This document shows positions 27,301 to 39,300 of a DNA stretch of 64,000 nucleotides, piece after piece; within the stretch, counting starts at the first letter, position 1; every line of letters starts with the position of its first letter. The notes beneath the pieces are model-generated. The model was not told the DNA's origin. It ran no database searches and saw nothing but the letters and a program-made list of their open reading frames with translations. A program made the position numbers and the translations under genes. Source of the DNA: Phoronis australis (taxonomy: Eukaryota; Animalia; Phoronida); NCBI GenBank assembly GCA_002633005.1, contig NMRA01000234.1, forward strand, positions 105,405 to 169,404, in the 5' to 3' direction.

Positions 27301-30300
27301 GGTTATTTTAACAAGAGCAACGCGGAGCGTTGAAATGCGACCACACAAATAGTGTGCTTTTAGGGTTATTTATTCGTATCATCACAATGGCCACTAGATG
27401 GCGCAAAATACGTCGAATCTGTCAGAAAACCAGAAAATGTCACCGTTTTTTTAAATATAAGCCATTTACCAAATTTCATTAAAATTTGCCGAGGAACTTT
27501 AGAGAAACAGAGGAAAACGAAAAAATGAAATTGCCACTATAGGGCACAGTGTTCGTCGCATCCGTCTAAAAGTCGTCGTCTTCTCTTGTTAACTTCACAT
27601 AAATACACGTGCTAAATTTAATAAAGACCCTGTAGAGAGCTTAGGAGATAGTGGTATGGATGCAAAAAAAACAAAACCACCAGAGGGAGGTGCCACAGTA
27701 GTCGAAGGAGTTGGAAAATCATTGTCAACCGTCCCCTTGATAGAAAGAACATACATGCCAATTTAACTTTCACAATCATCCTTAGATAGAGTAGTTTGGT
27801 TGACAGAGAGGTGGACGACAAAAAAATGACTCGAAAATAGTAAAAAAGGGCCACTAGATGGCGCAAAATGCCTCAAATCCATCCAAAAATGGGAAGATAG
27901 CGTCATCTCATTGATAGATGACTATGTGTCAAATTTCATGAAAATCGGTTGAGGACCTTTGAAGATACAGAGACGAACCTAAAAAACTAAAATTGCCACT
28001 AGGGGGCACAGAGGTATTCGGAAACTCGTCGCCCTCTGTCGTCAACCCCATAGGAACACACCTGCCAAATTTCAATAAGATCCTGCATGGGGGTTTAGGA
28101 GATACAGCCACGGACGCCAGACGCCCGGACAGAGATGCCGGCAATATGCGACCACATATAAATATGTGGGCGCATAAAAAGAGCTCTAAAATGCCATGCT
28201 GTGTGTAAGTTAAAAGATGTTAAATTCTTATGAAGAAATGTGCACAAGTGCGTCTTTCACAGAGGGTTTCTGAATGAAGGATAGTGAAAACAAACGAGAA
28301 TCTTATGTCTTTAAGCTAGACAAGTAAGTGTGAGGTCTGACAAATAAAAAAAACAAAGTGACAGGGTTAAGAGTCAAGGATGAAATATAACATAAACCAG
28401 CTAAACCACAAGAATGGAATCCTTCAAGATGGAGATAATGATTGATCAAGATGGCCTAACGACTGATCAATATAGAGATTAGGATTGATCAAAACATGGA
28501 TAATGATTGATCAAGGAGATACTGACTGACCAAGATAGACATACAGTAAAACTCATATCTTATGTTTAAACTGACACCCAGCCGTCATGACAGCACATTT
28601 TGTCTGAGCTAAGCCGAATAACGGCAGAATGACGAGCCATTTTGAGCGGTAAGATATGATTTGCAGTGTAATGAATATTCTCACTTCTCATTTAATATTG
28701 TGTCAGCTGGACATATGTTTGGTCATGGGGACATTCAACCAGCAAGGGAGATAACCCACAGAATTGTTATGTTGTTCTCCACAGAGGCCAACTATCTCAG
28801 AAACAACATTCAGTAACCCAAAATATATATTGGCATTCTTGGTGCTTCCAACAGCTCAAGTGTCCTGTATAAGACTTGACCCTCACAGTTAAGAATCAAT
28901 GACCAATGGAATGTAAACAATTCCTTAACAGTCAGCTGCCAACCACATTTCTATAACCTGTGGATCACCAGACCCCAGCAAGATTCCAGGCATACACAGC
29001 AACACTACAGCATAAGCTATGAACAGAAGCCACACGCAAAGTCCTATCGCCATCCTTTTCAAATCCAAAAAAATGTACATAGTTACAATAGATGTGGTAA
29101 GTGAAGTGAAGGACCTTCCTGTGTAAATGTATTGCTCTTGGGTAACCACGGGAGCTTAACACAAGAACATCATCAAGACGTCCAAAAGAGGGACCTTTAC
29201 TTATAAGCGCAACCTAGTGATCATTGAGACACCCATTTGTGCAAAGCATATTAAGTCAATTTTCAATACCTGCACATAAATTCAATGACTTGCGCCGAAA
29301 TTTTGAAATTAATGTGGTACGATACAAGCTACACATGTTTCAATATGCTTTTATACTCTGTATCACGTCACCAGTAAGAAACATCGCCGAATTTGGTCAT
29401 CCGTCATTTGGTTCCACGATTACAAAATAAAACATTTGTGTGAAGTAGGTAAAACACCCTAGGAGGAACAGAACAAATTTTGTGATTGCTATCGATTTTT
29501 CTACTCACGACAAACTATAAGTATTTTAAGCACACTTAGCTATTCAAATGTACAAGTCCATTAGAGAACGCTGCTTCAACTTTCGTGTTGGCAACTAGTC
29601 TTACAACAATAAATTCTTTAAACTGAAAACTGTGAAATGGTATAACTATAAAACTCTTATAGGAACGACCGGTAGCATGCCTTTGGTTTGAAAAGACAGT
29701 GCCTACTTTCCACAACCAGAGGTTTCATTTCAACGAGAATGTATTTCCGTTAAACAAAGCATATTCCACCTCAACAGTGTAAGAACACATGGAAATGTTG
29801 GCAGCTATTTCTGGCAACTTTATTAACTGCCAAGTCTATTTTCAGACTCTGCTGATGCAAAACACTATGTTCGAAATTTGAGAAATACCACAAACGTCAA
29901 AATCGCCCATATCCCAATCTTCAGAATCAAGACAATTCAATTTCAGCTAGAATATCAGTGTCCCAAATTCTAGGGACTGTTCCAAATTGGAGAATTTTAC
30001 CCTACACGTTTTAAAATAAATTAGACATTACACGATTGATAAAAGCGTTTTTTGTGATTATTCCAGTAAATCTGAAGACGGGATTTCTCAAGTAATCTCT
30101 TTAAAATCTGGAACAGCGCTTTACTATTGAGTAATGGGAATGTCTAAAACATTAATTTTGTGAGTCTCTTACTTCATTGATAAGACAACACCAGCTGTTT
30201 GGATTAATGCCACATATTGGCAAAACGCCAACATCCAAATTTAAAAAATCTCATTTTCAAATACCCACATTCAGAAATGCTGCACATACCACCCACCACT

Positions 30301-33300
30301 TGATTTTTAAAGCGGCACTCGAAGAAATTAAATTTCAATGAAACCACTTTCTGTAATAAAATTGGTTTCAATTTGTTCCTTACCGAGATGATTTTTGGTC
30401 TTGCAACGAACTGAAAGCTCGTTCTTACTTGTGGCCAAGTATTCAAAGACACTGATAACCAATCTCAGTCTCTGTATCTCTGGTCATGAAAGTAAACTGT
30501 AAGAGTATGGTCTTTCCTAACTCAGACATTAACTGAATTCCTATGTATTTCCAAATCCCAGAAATATTTCAGAGCAAAAAAATAAATAAAGGGATTACCA
30601 TATTTTGCAAACCTTCGTATCCCCAAAGATTTCTGTTGATTCCTAGAAAACAGATATTTTTCTCATTCCGCCTATTGGCAGGCATTGACACTACACTACG
30701 TTCAAATGAATAAAGACACCGGAGTAACTCATGAATACAATGTCCTGGTATTACGTAGTCCAGGCAAACTTGATAGAATTCAGAATATCGATTAAATCGT
30801 GTCCCAATAGAAAAAGTTTTATGACTAAAATTTTTCAGAAAAAAATAACGAGATTACTTTCACTAAAATTCACATGGGATCAGCACTTATAGAGGGCTGG
30901 ATACTTGAATGGTGCAGTTAATAAGCCAGATTTATAACCACTGTTAAGTCACTCATTTTCATCCTCCGTAGTATGGATTTATTGAGGGTTGGACAGCGGA
31001 GTAACAAGGCCGTTGAAATAAATGACAATAATCAAAACATGTAGCAAGTGACATAAAGGCACTGGAAACATGGGACGGGCTGTCACCCCCTGCTTCAGAA
31101 CGGTCTCCCAACCCCCACGAATATCAAACAGCTCAGAATTTCATTAAAAAAATCTTGTTTGAAATCCCTGAGGTCATGTTTAAAATTATCTAGCTTTTTT
31201 CACCTCAACATTTTATGTGTAGGTGGTAAAAATAACATATTCTTCTGTTTCTTTTGCTGAAAGAGAAGACATTGAACAAGGGCACATGGACGCTTACTGC
31301 ATGTAGTTACAGCAGATTAGCTGATGACTGCACAAGTGTAGAATGGACTTGGTACAGCCCTAGCCTGGCCAGTGTAGAATGGACTTGGTACAGCCCTGGC
31401 CTGGCCAGTGTAGAATGGACTTGGTACAGCCCTGGCCTGGCCAGTGTAGAGTGGATTTGGTACAGCCCTGGCCTGGCCAGTGTAGAATGGACTTGGTACA
31501 GCCCTGACCTGGCCAGTGTAGAGTGGACTTGGGACAGCCCTGGCCTGGCCAGTCTCCAGCTCCCCATTTTACAACCTAATGTGCCCATGAGTCTGATTCA
31601 ATAGATGTTTGAAGATGATATGCTGTAGCAAACCAGGTCAAGTGCAAAACACATAACAAAGTGTATGACAGTGTTTTTATTCCTCTTAAAACTGGTAAAC
31701 ACAGATTAGCTTAGTTTATTTACCAAGGGTTACAAGTGCTTGTTGTGAAAAGAACAGTTTGAGATGTGAGACAGGATAACACAGCTGAGTTGATGTCCGA
31801 AATAAACTAGCTGAAGGAAATCCCAGCCAGGAATGACAGTTTCCATAGTCACCACAGACATACAAGGGCTAATCAAAGTTACTGTCATGTAGCACTCTAC
31901 TAGGTTTTCTATTTATAGATGGCATTGTAGGAGAGCTGTCAAATTGGTCAAAGGAAATCATGCAAGTGACTTCTCAAATCATAGTTAAGTTGTGTTTAAC
32001 TTTGATCCTACTCCTTAACAATTTTACACCTAATGGAATGAAGCATTAAACTTCACACACGTCCATAGCAACATCCATGTTTTGACATCTCTAAGCCCAC
32101 TCAGACTAGTAAGAGACTGTACTGTAGAATTAAAATGATATCATGAGGGGTAAATATGTTTCCATGGTAACGCTTGATGCCCTCTAATGATCTTTAATCA
32201 CCACTTAATAAGACACTTCAAGCATAGATGGTAGCCCACGGAACTGTGGACTCACTTGGAAGAACAGTGATGGCATCAGACTTCAAAGGGTAAAGCAGAT
32301 ACAGTTAACCATTGCCATGGAAACGGAAGAACACTTATCAGATAATTATGTTCTGCTACCCTAATACTGGAAGCTGTCAGAAGACAAATTGAGCAAAGGG
32401 TATAATTGTGAAAAATGAATGTGAGTCGTCCAAGCATGTACAGTGGAAATTCAATGTTAACTTTTACATGTACAAAAAATTGATTATTACTGTTAAAACT
32501 GCAAAAGGATGGGACTGCATAAGATGCATCACTGAATGTCGCAGGTTACATGAACTTGTAACTGCAATCACAAGAACATTATAGTGATATCACTTCACTT
32601 GCAAGCAATAAAAATGGAACTCCCATCTTCAATTATTTAAATTAATGGACAAATTCCCAGACATCACATCAGTCTTTCAAGAAAATCCTAGTCTCAGATA
32701 CGGCAAACTTATTCTTACCGCAAACTTGCGGGTTAACGCCCTTGCCCCGGTAATCTCCCACCCCCAACTTTTGCTAAATTTGGACGTAAGCACCCAGTGT
32801 TCGGGTAATCGCCCATCCAATATTTTGCGCAAATTTCAGCTTCTCAGGTAATAGCTCATTCCCAACTTCTGCTAACAGAACTTGAGCTTGAACTTGTGCT
32901 TTTGTTCGCAGCTTTGCCTCGGGCTTGGTAATTCCGTGTTTGTGGAAACACGACATGCTTACATACGATAGTCTCAAAAAGTGCATTTTTACCAGACATT
33001 TGTGGAATAACTTAAGCGCTGCAACTACCTTTTCTTAAACTTATCAAAGGATAATATATCTACATCGCCTCTTATACGGTCGACATCACCTTGCCGAGAG
33101 GTGTCGTGTTAACCTGTGAGGAAGGTGAGAAACGACGCAGCGATGTCAGTGGTTCGTCTGCAGAGTGAATGCCGCTATATTGCGGTGCATCGTTCCCACT
33201 TGTCCGAACTATGAAGCTGCAAAGAAAGCGGGTATATCGTTTTTTCGACTTCCTCGAGAGCCCGAAATGCTTAGGGGAGTGGCTCGTGGTAGTGAAGAAT

Positions 33301-36300
33301 GTAAGGTAAGCTGTTGATAGCAAGTATGAGGCCATGAAAAATCTCCGTGTCTGCGCTGGGCCCGCATTTCGTCCACAGTGATTTCTCTGACAAATTCCGG
33401 CTTACCAAAGAACTATCCAAACGTTCCGTTGCCTATGCATGTTCACGGCGCCTCTCTAGTATTTCTTGATCAGTGTATTCCAGTTCGAATTGATAGCCTG
33501 TGAAACCTAACGATCCGACCCGTGAAGTCTTCGTCGGATGAGCTCTTGACTAAGTTGCCGTGTAGACGTTTGTTATTCTGCGTTCCGTTTCAAAATGAAT
33601 TATTCTCACCCTAACCAATGCTTATATGAAACTGAAACAAAGTCTGTCTCATTAGATACAATTTATAATGCCTTGGAGTGCTTGTGCGAGCAAATGTTTT
33701 GAGAAGCCAGCAATGAATAAACCACAGCGTTACCGGCTTTTGATGCCAGTAACAAAGGTAGGCCTAATTGACCGGGCACCCGAGGCCGTGTGACTGTGTG
33801 AGCGCATGCTAATTCAGTGTTTGCTGACAGAAAGCTGTTGTGAAACAATTACTCGATTTTATATGCTATGGTCACATGTTAGGGGAATCTTTATTTAGAA
33901 ATACAAATACATTATTCAAATCATTGTTACTGTTCAACCTTTGCCCCGACGGTCTGTGGAAGGGGAACCCAACTTTGATTTTCAGTTTCATGGCTAATTC
34001 ACATATTGAATAATTACGTGCCCATTATTTCTTTGGCTCACTATTATAGTCTTTTCGTGGCTGGAGGTTTAGTTTCCAACTCAAGCTGGTTTATGTTCGA
34101 ACCAGTCCCTGCGCCCGCGACGGGCCTGATCGGGTTCCGAACTCAAAAAATCACAAGTCTAAACAACACAGATCCAGATTCTCCTGTCTGTATTTCACAG
34201 AATACTTCGAATTTATCTCCGAACAGACCCCAAACTCCTGCTACGGACCTTAGTAAATTGGCCTGCCAAAATTTGTAGGCTGAGGTGTGTCCAAATACCA
34301 GTAAATCCGTAACAGCGAAATAAAACACGTTTTTATAAGAACTCGGTGTATTTTTAAGGATTTTGAATCGAAGTTTGGTGATTTATTGCTGTTAAACGAT
34401 GAATTCAAGCAATAAGCTGACACCACTAAACCGTGTTGTGAACTGCTGAACAGAACAATTACGTCATTGGATAATTTCAACACCTCCGTCTACCGTCAGG
34501 TGTCAGGTAACGCAACCGAACCTGCTGTTATCGAGTAGAACTACTCAATCTAAATTGATACAAAATAGGTTGTTTTTTGGGTGGCATTCTCCTTAAACAG
34601 CTCCATATAAGTTGTATGCAAAAACACATGATTTTGCTACATTTATCTCCAGGGTTGACCCAGATTTGAATTGAGCAATTATCACATCCCCCTCTCGTTA
34701 CAACTGCAAAGTTTGGGTTGGGCCAGGAACGAATCGTCTGAGTTTTAATCGAGGAAACGAAATGTAGTCACGTTCACCTATCTCAAACAGTACTTGCTGA
34801 CATGGTACGTAAGTTGACTGCCATAGGAGTTTCATAAGGTTTCGCGGTATGACATTTTGCAGCGCACTCATTTGAAAACATCTGAGTTTTTAGCAACGGT
34901 CTCGCAAAATCACTCTTTCAAAGTCAAAATCCTGTTTCTGTTTGAGGCATGAGAAACTTTGTGGTCGTCGGGTTCTACTGATTAACCAAACTTACAAGTT
35001 CAATGCTTGAATGAACACCTCGCGCCCAGTTTGGCTAAAATTTGGACATAAGAGGCCACTGCTTGGGTAATCGCCCACCCCGTACTTTTGCCAATTTTCG
35101 GTTTAAGCGCCCACTGCTTGGGTAATCGCCCACCCTTTGTCTCAGGGTTTCTCAATTTAAGCACCTAGGGCATTAACCTTCGAGTTTACGATAATTTGGA
35201 CACCTGACTTCAAAAATTTTCAAATTATCAACAGAATGACAATGCTGTAAATAACAAAACCTGGTCAATGTTATTTTATGACAGATGTGGAGTGGAAATA
35301 ATTGTTGATGTTATTATATGACAGATGCAGTTATTTTTGTAAGGAAATTTTTACTTGAATAAAATTCTGTTGTGCCACAAATTTGCTGCACATTTATTCA
35401 ACACAGCAAGTGAAGAATTTACTCTTGGGATTGAACCTTACAGCTTAGTAAGGTGCAGCTTGAGTTACCATACCGTCTCCAAGTCAATAATAACAATAAA
35501 AGCTTTTACACTTACTTGGAATATCTCACAGATACTTAAATCTGTTCACTCACATACAGTTATTTACAACAATGACCAGGTTTTTCATTAACCCAAGCAT
35601 GCTTAAACATTGAATGAACACTAATTACAACTCATAAATGTTCTTGTTTGCTCTACCAACATGTTGTAATTTCCTGTGGGTACCATTCATAACAGCGTTT
35701 TTCCAATGTCAAGGTAGGCCATTGAAATCAGCTACAGTGGTAGAGTTTTGGTGAGCTAAATATTCACATTTAATGACATGTATGTTGTGTAGATGAGATG
35801 GGGATTTGGACCACTAATGAGTTTTGATAGGATTTCATAGCAGTTAACAGTTTAAAGACCACACCTCACAGTCAGCTGGTATTTCCAATGACAGGAAAAA
35901 AAAGCTAACATGATGAAAGAAATGATGCTTTGCCTTCATCAAGTTCGCACTCTTGTCCAAAAGAATTCTGATTGGTTCTCGTAATTTTCATTCTCTGGCA
36001 ACAATCACGAATTTCTGGTGGTGTGTCTTCTGTTATAATTTCAATTAAGGCCTGCAAATCCTGAAGATTAGTGATAGCTGTCCAAGCAAGTTTCAGAATT
36101 AAGAAAATCAGCTTCAATGAAAAACATATTATAACTGAACAGCAGAGCTTTGATGTTATCTCACAAATATGTAGCATTTAACCTAAAAATCTTCAATTTC
36201 AAACAAAAAATACCAAAATCACCATGCTTCGTTGCTGAGAATGCTCCAACTTTTAAAACATACCTTTACAATAGTGTGACAGGATATTGCTGAAACAGTG

Positions 36301-39300
36301 CAGTGCTGGCAATGAAGCAAAATGGGCTACAGTACAATAACGGCTAAAACTGCCATATTTTTATTTTTTAAAGACTTACCACATTGTTACAAACGCTAAA
36401 ATATTTACCAATGTTGTTTGGTAATAGCTACGTCAAACAAACCAGGCCAAAACCAAACTTTCCTGAAAAGCTACTATTGATGAGAAATTTGAAAAATGAA
36501 ATTTCACTTGTCCGTCATATAGTGTCCCAAACTGAAGAATTTTTACCGTTCAAAAACACTTGTTATCATACTTCATCATTAGATGAGTGCGTTTACAGCC
36601 TTTGTCAACCAACACAACATTGAATTTGTCTACAGTGATTTTTTGGGGAAAGGAACAACTTTGGCCTTGTTGACAAAGATGAAATGCACGGTTTAACATT
36701 CACGTACATTTTGCGATGCCGAAATTTTTAGCGAGGCTAATTTGAATAACTCACAGCCCAATTTAACGGTATGACTGGAAAGACTTTTTAAATGATATGA
36801 AATCCCAAAGCATTAAATCGTCATCCTAGATAGGGATTAACTGTAGGTAGCACAGTGCAATGTCTACCAAATACTCTATCCCTGTAGGTAGCACAGTGCA
36901 ATGTCTACCAAATACTCTATCACTGTAGGTAGCACAGTGCAATGTCTACCAAATACTCTACCACCGTAGGTAGCACAGTGCAATGTATACCAAATACTCT
37001 ACCACCGTAGGTAGCACAGTACAATGTATACCAAATACTCTATCACCGTAGGTAGCACAGAACAATGTATACCAAATACTCTATTACCGTAGGTAGCACA
37101 GTGCAATGTCTACCAAATACTTTATCACTGTAGGTAGCACAGTGCAATGTCTACCAAATACTCTATCACTGTAGGTAGCACAGTGCAATGTCTACCAAAT
37201 ACTTTATCACTGTAGGTAGCACAGTGCAATGTATACCAAATACTCTATCACTGTAGGTAGCACAGTGCAATGTCTACCAACTACTGTATCACTGTAGGTA
37301 GCACAGTGCAATGTCTATCAAATACTCTATCACTGTAGGTAGCACAGTGCAATGTCTATCAAATACTCTATCACTGTAGATAGCACAATGCAATGTATAC
37401 CAAAAACTCTATCAACGTAGGTCGCTGCGATACTGGAAAATGGGGAATTAAGTGGCACTACGATTCATAAAAGATATCCAGGATATCAGGCCATTACCCA
37501 CACACCCAGGATACCAGGCTATAAACTCAACACACCCAGGATACCAAGCCATCACCCACGCACCCAGGACACCAGGCAATCACCCATACATCCAGGATAT
37601 CAGGCCTTCAACTCACACACCCAGGATACCAGGCTCTCTCTGTCACATACAGGATACCAGGGGAACATGATGACCAACATGCATTCCACCCCAGCCTGGT
37701 GAACGCACTGATCATCACACACATCCCACCCCAGCCCGATGAACACTCTACTCCAGTCTGGTGAACCCACTTATAAAGACACATCCCACCATTGACCTGG
37801 CGAACACATTTATCAACACACATCCCAACACTGGTCTGGTGAACACATTTATTGATACACATAGGACCACTGGTCTGGTGAACACATTTATCAATACACA
37901 TCCCACCATTGGTCTGGTGTAACAACACACATCCCACCGTTGACCTGGCGAACACATTTATCAACACACGTCACCACTGGTCTGGTGAACACATTAATCA
38001 ACACACATCCTTCTACTGGTCTGGTGGACACACTTATCAACACACATCTCACCACTGGGCTGGTGAACACATTTAGTGATACAAATCCCACCACTGGTCT
38101 GGTGAACACATTTATCAACACACATCACACCATTGGTCAGGCGAATACACTTGACTTACCAACACACATCCCACCACTGGTCTGGTGAACACATTTATTG
38201 ACACACATCCCACCACTGGTCTGGCGAACTCATTTATCAACACACATCTCACCACTAGTCTGGTGAACACATTTATCAACACACATCCCTCTACTGGTCT
38301 GGTGAACACAGCGAATCTAGTAAACAAATGAAGGCCAGCTGAAAAGAAACCCAATTGCCTGTGTGTAATTGAATTCATTGCTTAAAACAGTGCATGCACA
38401 ATCTGGTATGGTACCACTGAACAATGGTGTTGTAGTGGGCGTTCTACTACATACCAAAACCACAAAAACAAAACAATGTGGGGAAATTTGGACTGTACCG
38501 TATTCATCCACATTGTTGCCTAGTCCATTTGTTCTGTACTGTGTTCATCCATATTGACGCCTAACCCATTTGTTCTGTACTGTATTCATCCATATTGACG
38601 CTTAGCCCATTTGTACTATTCCGTATTCATCCATATTGAGGCCAAGCCCACTTGTATTGTACTGTATTCATCCATATTGACGCCTAACCCATTTGTTCTG
38701 TACTGTATTCATCCATATTGACGCTTAGCCCATTTGTACTATTCCGTATTCATCCATATTGAGGCCAAGCCCATTTGTATTGTTCTGTATTCATCCACAT
38801 TGACGCCTATTCCATTTGTAATGTACTGCATTCATCCATATTGACGCCTAGCCCATTTGTACTATACTGTATTCATCCATATTAACGCCTAGCCCATTAG
38901 TACTGTACTATATTCATCCATATCGACACCTAACCCATTTGTACTGTACTGCATTCATACATATTGATGTCTGGCCCATTTGGATAGTACTATATCCATC
39001 CATACTGACACCTAGCCCATTTGTACTGTACTCATCGATATTCATAGTATACCTTACCCATTTGTATTGTACTGAATTGTATTCCTCCACATTCACAGCT
39101 AACCCATTTGCATTGTACCGTATTCATCCATATTGACCCCTAGCCCATTTGTACTGTACTGCATTCATACATATTGATGCCTTACTCATTTATACGGTAC
39201 TATATTCATTTATATTGACACCTAGCCCATTTGTACTATTCTACATTCATCCATATTGATGCCTGGCCCACTTGGATACTACTACATTCATCCATACTGA

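Noticed and set aside
31254-31604. ORFs on both strands with 12-aa repeats
   Set aside because: Produced by a 36-bp minisatellite; no splice or homology support.
36841-37420. CACAGTG (RSS heptamer) in most 41-bp units; partly palindromic repeat resembling a CRISPR or RSS array
   Set aside because: There are no unique spacers, no ACAAAAACC-like nonamer at 12 or 23 bp, and no cas or RAG genes. It is a plain minisatellite.
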